Shown: positions 1-12,192, counted from the first letter of the stretch. The stretch is DNA of 64,000 bases from Octopus sinensis (GCF_006345805.1 NC_043025.1:14508001-14572000); one strand, 5' to 3'. Numbers and translations are program-made. The notes: generated by a model from the sequence alone, not told the origin.

Positions 1-193
1 CTTTTCTTTGACGGAAGACCCATTGATTTCTACCATTAAGGCATCGACAGGCTATTGGAACGGTAGCAAGAAGTTGTGAACAATGAAGGAGAATGTATTA
101 TTGACTGGTATGTGAAAACAGTTGATAAAAAATAAGGATGAAAATAAATGGAAGAAAAGAACAAAAACAAATGAATTTATCAGGAAATCTAAT
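1..193 (+). mobile_element. 3' end of a decayed mariner transposon
   Basis: Frame 1 reads LFFDGRPIDFYH*GIDRLLER*QEVVNNEGECIIDW, the typical mariner transposase C-terminus, with two stops. A TIR-like stretch follows and runs into (TA)n. Confidence 0.75.
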
Positions 194-1298
194 ATATATA
201 TATATGTATGTATCTATGTATCTATGTATGTATGTATGTATGTATAAAGGAAATCAATTTTAAAATATTTAATAACTTTAAAATATTTATTGGTAAAAAA
301 TCATAATTTATAAACAGCGAAATAATTTTAAAATATATAATCGTTGTTAAAATGTTTATATGGAAATTTGAAAGATATAAATAGCAAAACGATTTTAAAA
401 TACTTTATAAAACATTTATAAGAAAAAAAAATCCTGAAATATATAGCAGTAAAATGACTTTAATAGGTTTATATGAAAAATCGAAAGTAATAAAATAGTT
501 CGATACATATGTGTGTGTGTGTGTGTGTATGTATGTATTAAAGTGTATACATGTATGAGTGTGTGGATGTAAATAAATAAATATATATATAATTGTGTGT
601 GTGTGTGTATCTACAAGTTAAAAATAATACAAAATGGTTGAAAATGCATTAAATTCATTCACAAATGTATACTATGATGCAAAAGTCTAAACTTTATATA
701 TAGCTCATAAACTAACTGTGCTCTACAGCTGTTTCAATAGAATAAAAATGTCGTCATTTTTATAATCACGTAATTAGCACACATCTTAATTTAATTAGTT
801 TGAAAGCGATGGGCTACACTTTACTTCTTCCCACACACATACGTACGACTGTATCCATGCATGCATACATTTATATATACCTCACTTTACGAGGTTCTGC
901 TTTACAAGGCCTCATGTTTACGAGTTTTGGTTTTTCAAACACAAGATCTAAATTTTGAACAAAGAGCAAAAGTTTCTGCAACTATAACAAATGCTTCTTG
1001 TGTGTTACCAAGAAATTCATAGCAGACACAAAAAAAAGAAAAGCTTCTTCTAAGCAAACAATTCTAATCCTTGCAAGAAGCAATGGAAATTTTAGAAAAA
1101 ATGAACAAGATGCAGGAGTGGATGTGTGGTAAGTAGTTTGCTTACCAACCACATGGTTCTAGGTTCAGTCCCACTGCATGGCACTTTGGGCAAATGTCTT
1201 CTACCATAGCCTCGGGCCAACCAAAGCCTTGTGAGTGAATTTGGTAGATGGAAACTGAAAGAAGCCCGTTGTATATATATGTATATATGTATTATTTA

Positions 1299-2553
1299 CT
1301 AGCAAACGCACCTGTCCTTCGGACGGTTTAGGTTGCTTCCGTGGTATTTTTTTCGCAAAAATAATTTAATTACCGAGAAGGTTTATGTGTAAGCATGGCA
1401 ATCTGTTTCCGATTAACCTAGGAACGGAAAATCAAATTGAAGGCTGGTTATTGTGGAGGTCGTTGCACTTTGATTATCATAGAACATGTAAGTTTGCAAG
1501 CGATGTAAAGTAGAGGTACTGAAGTGTTTTGGGAGTAGATTATGGTTGTTTTAGATGAAAGTGAAATTTCTTGTCAGAAACAGCCACATAAATGGTGTAA
1601 AGAAATTGAAGGAAGATGTTGAAACTTCCCCTCTGCGAGTTTATTTTTTTCAACAGCAAAGGGAGCTATTTTTTCCGGAGAGAAAAGCTAACAAAAGTCA
1701 CTTTATTCTATCTTCCCACATAGTGTGCACATAAACTAACAGCGGATGCTGCATAAAGTAAAATTGGTATGGAGCTTTCTGAAAGATTTGTATAGCTTTA
1801 AAGGTTGATTTTTTGGGACGAGTCATATGTGAGTGTTTAGAAAAGGCCAGAATGACAATGCTAAAACCTATTTGAAACAATGGACAGCAGTCGAAATATC
1901 ATAATGGCTGGGTAAAGAAGCATCCTTAAAATGAAACAACGGTATCAAAGGTAAAAAAAAAAGGTATCAACAATCAGAAGAGAGGGAAGGGAACATCACC
2001 TTTCAAGTAACTCAGAATAGGTAAAGGTAAGCTTGCCAAAGTTTAATGCAGTTTCAATATGTAGATTAAGATAGTTTGGTATTGGATATTCATCACATAT
2101 AGTTTTCCTAGTCAACTGAATCACCATCGTAAGTGGACAGTAGAAATAAATAGACAAAATTCTTTCACTTTTATAAAAAGATTAAATAGAAAATGAGGGC
2201 AAAAAGCACTCGTTTTTTCACAATAAAATATCATTTCCTAGCCGGAATTTTGTGACAAATGTATGTTTATTAAGCACAACAGCCTGCAGTGTATGCCGCT
2301 GGGCATTAAAAGCCAATTGCACAAACCTAGAGAAGCTCTGTGCCCCCTTGAATCGATAAAAAATCACTCTTTTTGCCATAGCAACCACATCTTTATAGCT
2401 TGCAAATTTTACCCATCACAGGTCTCATCCTCACCATGCATTTAGTATCCCTGCCAATTTTCAGCTCGATCCTAGCCTCGGTTTGGCCACCATTAACTGT
2501 CAAACCAAAATGTGCACACAATTTTCGTCCAAGGACTGTTTTATAGATATAGA
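1299..2553 (-). mobile_element. Non-autonomous Helitron
   Basis: The minus strand starts TCTATATCTATAAAAC (2553) and ends with the hairpin CCGTCC-GAA-GGACAG followed by GTGCGTTTGCTAG (CTAG at 1299-1302). It lies between host A and T with no TSD. Confidence 0.7.
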
Positions 2554-2612
2554 TTAATTAAAAAATTGACAAGGTTCCTTTACAGCTGTTCCAATTCCAG
2601 GCCTCCGGAACA

Positions 2613-3598
2613 TCTATATCTATATATATATAAAACTAAGAATGTCTGTCTGTCTGTCTGTCTGTGTGTTTCCCTAAAACTTGAGAACTACACAACCAAT
2701 TTCATTCAAATTTTACGCATGCGTTACTTAGGGTCCATGTAGTTTCATGGGCAAAAAAAAATATCATAGCAATATCATATCTTCTCCACTATTTCAGTAT
2801 TACGTGTTAAAAGTGAAACAAAAATATTTCTCTATTTTATGTCAGATACTTTCACTTTAACAATAAAAATAATAATAACAATTGAATTATATGTAGTAAG
2901 TAATAATTAAAATCAAACTAAAGTATAATATAATTGTAACATAACAAAAGTAAAAATAGCAATTGGTATAAAATTGCATCAATGAGTTGAACTTGAATAA
3001 GTGGTTTCACATGAATGGGAATTAAATTAAAAATGAAATTAGCATTCAGAAATGGAATAGTCCAGATGGATAATAAAAAATTAAATTAAAGAAAAGACTA
3101 TTGTCTATAAAGTATACAATGTAGAGAAAAAAGAAGATTTGAACACAAAGTGTCTTGGTGCGACTATGAAAGATATCTAATCAGAGGCGGTAAAATTTGC
3201 CACAATAGAAGCAAGGTTCGAGTCAACGGAGCGTGCAAGGGAGTACTCGACTCGAAATATTTTATTTTTACCTTTATATCTGGGATGTAGGACGTGCTGG
3301 AAAAAAATTAATAATGCCCCCCAAGAAGTAGAGGTAGGCTGGATTGTAGCCACACTTCTATACAAGAGGGAGGACAAGATACAATTGATCGAAATTACAA
3401 GAGACGGGCTAACAATTCCAGTCTGTTATATATTTTGAGTATTGTTATCACTAGCGATATCAAGATATAACTTTGTATTTTGCATTTTATGTGTAGATGT
3501 ATATATATGGATGGACATGTAATATGTACACATATATATATACATATATATACATGCACTAGCACTATGACCCGGCAACGACGGGTCTTTAATGCTAG
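2613..3598 (+). mobile_element. Non-autonomous Helitron-like element with (GTCT)n near the 5' end
   Basis: Starts A|TCTATATCTATA..AAAACTAAGAATGTCTGTCTGTCTG and ends GACCCG-GCAACGA-CGGGTC-TTTAATGCTAG|T. That both ends belong to one element is inferred. Confidence 0.6.
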
Positions 3599-4141
3599 TA
3601 TATATATATATATATATATATGTATATAAATTAGAGAAAAACCGCTATTATGTAATTCAAACAATGATAGATATAAACCAAATCATAAAGAAAAAATAAA
3701 ATATATGATTTTTCTCTAATTTATATATATATTATATATTTATATTGTGAAATTTGATTTAATACCAAATTGAATTTTTCCCTGTAAGTTTGGAGTTATA
3801 CTCCCGAATATTATATTATACATACATAAGATCCATATATATATATATATATCAAAAGGTGTTATAATACTATTCCAAGAATCCAATGATAATATTCCAC
3901 ATATACAAAAAAGCCACACCAAGAATCAAACTTACCTTCATCATCAGCTGCTCCACGGATATTGTTATGATTTTGACACCTGAGCAGTACAATTTAATCC
4001 AATGGTGTCAACGGCGCTAAAATAAATGCTGTTTGGGAACAAACATACCAAAGAAACCACAACTTTCAAATACATTTACCCTCTGTACAACCATATTGAT
4101 AAATAAATTCAATAAGTAATACACACACACACACACACATA

Positions 4142-5280
4142 CACGGGTTGGACAAAATAATGGAAACACCTAGCATCATAGCATCATAATTTTGAAATAT
4201 CTATAAAACCGTCAAAAGCTTGTTTATTTTGATGTTTTTGATTTATTATTAGTGTTGCTTAATATGTTTTGCTAAAACTGCTATTTCTCTTCAGATATCA
4301 TCAGAAAAGGTAATTAAAATTCATTAAAATGGCAGATGTATCGGACTTTCAAAGTGGTCAAATTGTTGGTGCTCGTATGGCAGGCGCTAGCGTAACGAAA
4401 ACAGCCGAAATGTTTGGTATATCAAGAAGTACTATCTCGAAAGTAATGACAGTCTTTGAGAAAGAGGGAAAAACCTCCTCATCAAAACAAAACTCCGGAA
4501 GAAAACCGAAACTTTCAGATAGGGACCGTCAGATTCCTACGTGAATTGTTAGAAAGGATCACAAAAGTACAACTCCCAAAATTACTGCAGAGCTTAATGA
4601 CCACCTCGAGAACCCAGTTTCCACAAAAACTGTTCACTGGGAGCTGCACAAAGCCGGGTTTCACGGGAGGGCTGCAATCTGAAAATCACTACTTTCAAAA
4701 ACAAACGTTGCAAAGCGTTTAGATCGGAGTAAAAACCTACAGAATTGCTCCCCAGAGCAGTGGAAGAATGTTATTTTCTCGGATGAGTCATCCTTTACTT
4801 TATTTCCGACCACCGGCCGAGTATACGTGTGGAGACAGCCAAGAGAAGCATTTGACCCAGACTGCCTTCTTCCAACTGTTAAACATAGAAGACGATCTGT
4901 GATGATCTAGGGACGGAGTTATATCTTGGAAATCCGCCGGCCCAGTGGTTTCCCTTCATGGCAGAATTGATAGTGAAGACTATTTAAGCATTTTATCTGA
5001 TCACATTCATCCTATTGTTGCGGAAATGTTTCCGGAGGGGAACATAATCTTTCAGGATGATAATGCACCAATTCACACAGCTAAAGTTGTTACTGAATGG
5101 CACAGGGAACATTCTAGCGAAGATGGACATCTTATCTGGCCACCACAGTCCCCAGATCTCAATATTATTGAACATTTATGGTGCATTTTAGCAAAACAAG
5201 TAAGGAGTCGATATACTCCACCAGCATCATTCCAAGAACTGGAAATTTTAAGGTGTTTCCATTATTTTGTCCAACCTCTG
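4142..5280 (+). mobile_element. Tc1-like DNA transposon, defective
   Basis: 30-bp TIRs CACGGGTTGGACAAAATAATGGAAACACCT (4142-4171) and AGGTGTTTCCATTATTTTGTCCAACCTCTG (5251-5280), 28/30 match, flanked by TA on both sides. Confidence 0.95.
4329..5245 (+). pseudogene. Tc1 (DD34E) transposase pseudogene
   Basis: HTH N-terminus MADVSDFQSGQIVGARMAGASVTKTAEMFGISRSTISKV, then FSDESSF, FQDDNAPIH and WPPQSPDLNIIE motifs. In-frame stops (e.g. TGA at 4542), a frameshift, and a C-terminus deleted up to the right TIR. Confidence 0.92.
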
Positions 5281-5469
5281 TATGTGTATATATATATATA
5301 GATAGATTAGAAAACTCCCCACATTTTATCAATTCAGTAATGAAAAATTAAGTTACACATCTAGAAAATTACATATTAGAGAAAGAGTAAATATAAGACA
5401 AAACAGATAACGATAATTACGTAAAATGTAAAATAATAGATAAAACGTAAATATTCGGTAGAATAGCAA

Positions 5470-5501
<32 letters not shown>

Positions 5502-6847
5502 ATATATATGGATCTATGTATATATATATATATATGGATCTATGTATTCAGTCAGTTTGAGGATAGAGTGTCCTGTTCAGGGATTGTAAAATAGAGAGAC
5601 ACAACAGGGAGAATTCTCGCAATATTTGGGGATAAGAAAGGAGAATAAAATACGGTGGAGACTTTTTGTTTTCTTTGTATCACAATATGAACATAGCAAA
5701 TATCTTAATACAAATAAAATTCGAATGTGCTTACAAAACAAAAATTAAAAGCAAGTACTTACGTTTCAATGTTGGTCTCCGATGTAAACAGGGCCTCCGA
5801 ACACACTAACCCGGTTCAGAGTTTCCGATGCCTCTTCACTGCTGCTTTATTCAAAAGGCTAATACTTAAATATTTTTCACAGAAATTCAGTAAAGAACTC
5901 TCTACATAAACTGGATGAAGACAATTTGTTGATATGTTAAGTATTTACGTGAATTAAACGTCGGATAGAAAAGTAAGATTGGAGACTCCGAGCGACAGAG
6001 TGAAGCTTACTAATGGCGACGGGGGAAAGAGCTCTGTTCAATCTGATCTACAGATATTTTAATTAATTTGTTTTTTAACTAAACACTTTGAAACTTCGGA
6101 TACTGGTAGACTGTGTCAAATAGAAAAGGGTTCACTCAAAACATTTTTGACAAAATTTTGTATTTAGAAGTTATTTTGCGTCAAACTTGTCGAAATTTTA
6201 GTAATTTTAACCAATCAATGACGAGAACTCAGCCAAAAACAATTACTGTTGCTCTTTGTGGACAACTTCTGGGTCCACCAATCAGAAATGTTTTTTTGCA
6301 ACCTATGTTTGCTGTGTCAGGATTGATTTGAGGCTAGATAACAACAAAGTTATTACTGAGACAGACCAACGATGGAGCCTGTATGTGCTTGCATGCGAGA
6401 AAAAGTAGCCAAACATTTTTTTTTTATACAGAATAGAAAAACCTCTATCCTGTGTCATACACGTAGAAAGACACCTTTGATCAAATCTGTTCAATCAATT
6501 CCAACTCGGGACTAAACAAGTGACGAAGGGAACGATACGAGGCAACGACAGAGCCTTTACTTGGTCGCTCGCGTTGCTAGAAAGGGCAGCCAAATCTTCC
6601 TGACAAAAAGGAAAATGAAATTTCCGTCTTCAGGGAAAAAAAATAAAGGAAGTTTATATTATTTTATAATGTTCGCTTAGGAATTCATTACTTCTAGAAA
6701 AGAATAAGACAAAATGGTCATGGCTGGAACGCCTTTTCTCACAGATCCATTACAATCCTGTGATTAAAGCAATGTTCTTCATTGAATAATGAAGCAGCTA
6801 AAGTTAAAGAAAAGTTGAAAGAATAAAAGATAGCAAGTATGTATATA

Positions 6848-8198
6848 TTTTTTCATTTTTTTTTCATTTTATCTAGTTTCAGCTCACGAGCTGTGGCCAT
6901 GCTGGGGCACCGCCATTCGGTGTTGCTACATGATTTTACTCCACGAATGCTTTTTAGCAATTGACATTTGGTGCATGAGAGTTTGATGCAGCTGCCCTCA
7001 TCTGCACCTCCTGCCGTGAAGTTGGTTCATCTGGGACACCTGACAGGAAGAGGTCCAGCTTTATTTTAAAGACACCTACATCCACCCCATGCAGGTCTCT
7101 CAGGTTCTTCGGGAGGATATTGAAGAGCTGTGAACCTCTGAAGCCCAGGCTATCACAGTATCTTGTCCTACATCTTGATGGCAAATTTGGAGTCCTTGGC
7201 ACTATGCAGTGGTGCCCAGTTCTGGCATTTGTTTAACTCTCGATGCCAAAGTTTGGGACAAGTCCTTCCAGTATCTTCGAGATGTATATAATGGCATATC
7301 TTTCTCGCCTACGCTCTAAGGAATAGAGTCTTAATCTCTTGAGTCTTTCCCAATAGCTTATATACTGCACAGAGGCTATCTTCTTCGTGTAGCTTCGTTG
7401 GATTGCCTCAAGTTCTGTGATTAACTTGACACTAGATGGTGACCATAGCTGAGAGCAATAGTCAAAGTGGCTTAGGACATGTGTCCTCCAGAGGACCATC
7501 ATGGTTTCCTGGTCTCTTGTTCTAAAAGCTCTAAGAATCCATCCGGTCAGCCGCCTACATTTCATTGCCAATTTAGCAACATGCACATGAAAGGTTGCAT
7601 CATTACACATGTAAATACCCAGGTCTCGCACTGATTGTGCCCCTGGGATTGCAATCCCTCCAGGTTCAGTGTATTTATTGGGTCTTGCATTTAGTTTTGC
7701 ATGCTTATAGCATAAAGCTTGAAACTTTTCAGCATTGAACTGCATGCTATTCTTTTCAGCCCACTTGTATATTTTGTCCAGCTCACATTGCAGGTGCATA
7801 GTGTCTTCAGGGTTCTGTATTACCTGTGAAACTTTTGTATCATCTGCATAACTTGTGATCGTGGCTCTCTGCGTGGCTGAGGGCATGTCTGAGAGGGCCA
7901 TTATGAACAGTAGTGGTCCCAAAACAGTGCCCTGCGGAACGCCGCTCACTATTTGCGTGTTAATGGAAGTGGTCCCATTGGCTACTACCACCTGACTTCT
8001 ATCCTTCAGAAAGTCATGAAGCCATTCTCCCAATTTTCCAACTATGCCACGATCACACAGTTTGTGACATATCATTCCATGATCGACTTTATCAAAGGCC
8101 TTTGCAAAGTCGAGATATATCACTTCCACATTTGAGTGGTTGAGCAGTTGTTTCAGCACCCAGTCATAGTGTTGTAGGAGCTGAGTTAGGCAGCTAGG

Positions 8199-8199
<1 letters not shown>
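6848..8199 (-). mobile_element. 5'-truncated CR1/L2-like LINE (RT domain, C-terminus, 3' tail)
   Basis: ORF 7233-8306 contains YLDFAKAFDKV, GVPQGTVLGPLLF, YADDTK, RDLGI and SYWERLKRLRLYSLERRRER. It continues in frame past one premature stop into ORF 6954-7202. The tail is an ATGAAAA-type repeat and the 5' end abuts (TA)n. Confidence 0.93.
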
Positions 8200-8243
<44 letters not shown>

Positions 8244-8322
8244 ATAAATATTAGGGAATAAATCCAAATTTACAGGGAAAAAAATCAGATTTAGGATTAA
8301 ATCCAATTTTATAGTAAAATAT

Positions 8323-8663
8323 TATAAAATATTATTAGAGACAAAACCACTATTTTGCAAAACAAACAAGGAAAGACTTAATCAATACATAAAATTTTAA
8401 TAAATAGTAAAAAAAACCGCCACTACAATTGTTTCTTGTCTTGATCGACAATCTTCAGGTGGACTTCCAATAAGTCAGTTTCAAATTATGAAGTTTTCAT
8501 AATTTTCATAATTTGAAACTGACTTATTGGAAGTCCACCTGAAGATTGTCGATCAAGACAAGAAACAATTGTAGTGGCGGTTTTTTTGACTATTATTAAA
8601 ATTTTATGTATTGATTAAGTCTTTCCTTGTTTGTTTTGCAAAATAGTGGTTTTGTCTCTAATA

Positions 8664-8673
<10 letters not shown>
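8323..8673. repeat. Long fold-back palindrome (about 170-bp arms), Penelope-like inverted terminal fragment
   Basis: 8323-8492 is a near-perfect reverse complement of about 8504-8673. It is embedded in (TA)n and contains a hammerhead motif in each arm. Confidence 0.9.
8535..8577 (+). ncRNA. Minimal type-I hammerhead ribozyme motif
   Basis: CCAC (stem I) CTGAAGA TTGTC-GATCAA-GACAA (stem II) GAAAC-AATT-GTA (stem III, palindromic loop, GUA site) GTGG (stem I). An identical copy lies on the minus strand at 8420-8462. Confidence 0.82.
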
Positions 8674-8710
<37 letters not shown>

Positions 8711-9859
8711 AATAGTGTAGCTTGCTTACAAACCACATGGTTCTGGGTTCAGTCCCACTGCGTGGCAATTTGAGCAAGTGTCTTTTACTATAGCCTCGAG
8801 CTGACCAAAGCCATGTGAGTGGATTTTGTAGACAGAAAATGAAAGAAGCCTGTCATATATATATATATGTATGTATATATATATATATATAATATATATA
8901 TATATATATGTATAAATTAAGAAATGGAATCAAACACAGTTATTATTCAATTTATCCATGTGGGACAAAAACATTTCACTTAACCCTGGTATTTCTACCT
9001 TTATAAGTAGGTTGTAATGTCATTGATACTTATATGAATTTTTGCGACCCTGGTAACTATTTATTTATTTTTACCTTGTTATTTGTACACATTGAAAAAA
9101 TATACATATATTTATGTATATATTCATACATATGGCACCTCCCTCAGGAAAAATATGGGAAAATACTTCCTAATAAAGTTCTCTGCCAAACTGAATGGCT
9201 GAAATTACTTCTATAATAATTTGTACTAGATGAAGGACCAATTTTGTAAAGTAAATTGTATTAAATACACACACACACACACAGAGTTCTACACATATGT
9301 ACATATACATAAATAAAATCAATCTTTCATCCAGATTCTCCAACTCATACCAGCATAGGAATCAAACATTGGATTGAAAGGACTGAATAGCAGTATAGAT
9401 GTCAACAAAGTTATTTCTTCTTCCTCTCTTCTTTCTTTCTTTCTTCCCTTCTCTTTTCCATTGACACACCTTTCAAATACACAGGCACCCACACACATAC
9501 ACACACACAAACACACACACACACACACACACACCACACACACAAACACACACATATATATACATATAGACGACGGGCTTCTTTCAGTTTCCGTCTACCA
9601 AATCCACTCACAAGGCATTGGTCGGCCCAGGGCTATAGCAGAAGACACTTGCCCAAGGTGCCACGCAGTAGGACTGAACCCGGAACCATGTGGTTGGTTA
9701 GCAAGCTACTTACCACACAGCCACTCTTGCGCCTATATGCAGATCTCCATACGCACATGCACAAACACAAAATGTGCGCCCCATCCCCCCCGGTGCATCA
9801 CCACAGCCACCTCTATCACTAGCACAACCTCTACCACCACCACCACCACCACCATAGAC

Positions 9860-10057
9860 AGCTCAACAACAGCTGCAAGAGCGCCACTATTATTGTTTGT
9901 CCTTACAGTCTTCCATACATATTCCCCACCGCCTGCACATTCACATAACCTCCATAACGTCTCTCATTCTCTCTCTACCTCTCAAAATCCTGACGCCGCT
10001 GCTTTCCCATACTTTCTCCTCTTTTTCAACATCCGACTCTCGGCTTCTCAGGTAAAA
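9860..10057 (+). promoter_or_regulatory. Candidate promoter / non-coding first exon ending at donor CAG|GTAAAA (10051/10052)
   Basis: Unique, CT-rich, CpG-containing sequence with a plausible 5' splice site. CpGs are visibly retained in the downstream 1.6 kb. No transcript evidence. Confidence 0.3.
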
Positions 10058-10836
10058 ACACCTTTAAATATCTCGGGCTCCACTTTGGGGCCCTTTTGAC
10101 CCCTATTATAAGGGTTTTATTGGCTTATTATGCTCTATAACCCTTCTGTGTCTTGTCTGACGGTTGACTTTTATATATGTTGCTTTATACGATCAAAATA
10201 TAAACGCTTTTGTTGTGTTATAAATGTATGTATGATTGTGTGTATATACGTGTGTATGAGTGTATATATGTGTGTGTGTGTGTGTGTTTTTATGTTTGGA
10301 TTAACTATATATACATATATACACATACACGTATATATGCATATACATACAATCATATATATATAGACATGTCTATATACAGTTGTATATGTGTGTATAG
10401 ACATGTATATATATGAATACGTATGTTGGGAAACGAGTGTGTATATACGTATATATGTGTGTGTGTGTGTGTATATATACATATATATAGATATATACGT
10501 ATATAAGAAATGTACGTGTATACATATGTATATATATATATCTGTGTATGTGTGTGTGTATATATATATATGTATATAAACTATATATATATACACGTAT
10601 CAATGTATGTTTGTGTGTGAGTATAGCTGTATGTAGAACTTATGTGTTTATGTATATATGTATGTGTGTGTGTATATATACATATATGGATATTTATGTC
10701 TCTCTCTCTATATATATATATGATCATGGAAGCGCATTGTGTCCAGCGATGTATAACAGCGTCTGATGGTCTCATCGATATTGCATATATACATTCGTTT
10801 TTCGTTTTTTCTTGTCTGTGTTTCATGTGTCTCGAT

Positions 10837-10890
<54 letters not shown>

Positions 10891-11406
10891 CGCGCCTATT
10901 TAAGTATGTATATATATACAAACGTGTGTCTGGATGTGTGTATATATATATACACAAACGTATGTCTGGATGTGTGTGTGTATGTATAAACGTATATATG
11001 CCTGTATGTTTGTATATACATACAACTCTGTCTAATACACTTTTTATTTGTATCGATGTGTGCCTGTATATATATATTTGTGTATATGATGTTCGGCTTC
11101 TATTTACATCAATATATATATATATATATATATAGGCATTCTCAATTATTTTCCCCTCTGTACACACATATATTTATATACACATCGTAACCGTAACAAC
11201 AAACGCTCTAGTTCACGTGTATATAATTCTTATATTTAATACATTCCCGAACGAATATTATCACTATATATGCATTCATATTATATATAAACTTATATAC
11301 ATTCATATTATATAAACACATTTCTGGATATGAGTAATGTATGCATATAATATATTTTTCTATGCTATCTCACATACCGACAAATAGTGTATATGCTGTG
11401 TGTATG

Positions 11407-11681
11407 CATATACACACCGGTTAAACCCGGTCAAAAAAAAATTTGTGTAAAAGGTGTAAAACAAGTTGTTTTACACCTATTACACTGTTTTTGTTTTTGT
11501 TCCCGGGTGAGAGGCTTTCGGAAATTCCCGATGTGAATGTTCCGAGGCCCCCCCCCCTTTCGCGAGTGTGCATTTTTTTTGTCATATTCGTTTAGAGGAA
11601 GTTGTTTTACGCCTCTTACACACATTTTCTTTTTGTTTTTTTGACCGGGTTTAACGCTTTAGTTTAACCGGTGTGTATATG
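11407..11681. repeat. Fold-back element with 20-bp perfect terminal inverted repeat
   Basis: CATATACACACCGGTTAAAC (11407-11426) pairs with GTTTAACCGGTGTGTATATG (11662-11681). There are additional inner complementary blocks. Confidence 0.7.
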
Positions 11682-11913
11682 AGTATACGCAAAGCAGATG
11701 CGAAGGTATATGTGAATCAGAGCGACCAGGCTGAATGGGAGACGCTTATCATCTGACATGAGGAGGCAATCACTCGTCGTCATCATTTAATGTCTGCTTT
11801 CCATGCTGGCATGGGTTGGATGGTTTCACCAAGACCAGACGCATTCTGTTTTGGCATGGTTTCTACGGCTGGATGCCCTTCTTAATGTCAACCACTTCAC
11901 AGAGTGGGCTGGA

Positions 11914-12192
11914 TGCCTTTTATGTGGTGCCATCACCACTGCTTTTTACATGGGACCATTACCAGTGCTTTTTATGTTGCATCAGCATGGGTGCTTTTCA
12001 CATGGCACCACCACCAGTGGTTTTTATGTGGTACCATCACCAGTGGTTTTTATGTGGTACCATCACCAGTGGTTTTTATGTGGTACCATCACCAGTGCTT
12101 TTTATGTGGCACTATCACCGGTGCGTTTTACGTGGTACCATCACCAGTGGTTTTTACGTGGCATCATCACCAGTGCTTTTTATGTGGCACCA
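11914..12192 (+). repeat. 26-bp minisatellite (about 10 units) inside a dispersed repeat
   Basis: Unit GTGGTTTTTATGTGGTACCATCACCA, repeated with degenerate flanking units. Confidence 0.88.

Noticed and set aside
8200-8306. Apparent N-terminus of the 357-aa RT ORF
   Set aside because: It is read-through from (TA)n and an unrelated AT-rich element; the LINE is 5'-truncated at about 8199.
9374-10099. 241-aa ORF and other long ORFs rich in YI/CV/HT/SL/T runs (e.g. 15264-15959, 45120-45745, 54729-55505)
   Set aside because: They are translations of microsatellites and SINEs, with no domain-like sequence or splice support.
11914-12192. Regular short repeats resembling a CRISPR array
   Set aside because: The units are contiguous with no unique spacers, there are no cas genes, and the context is eukaryotic.
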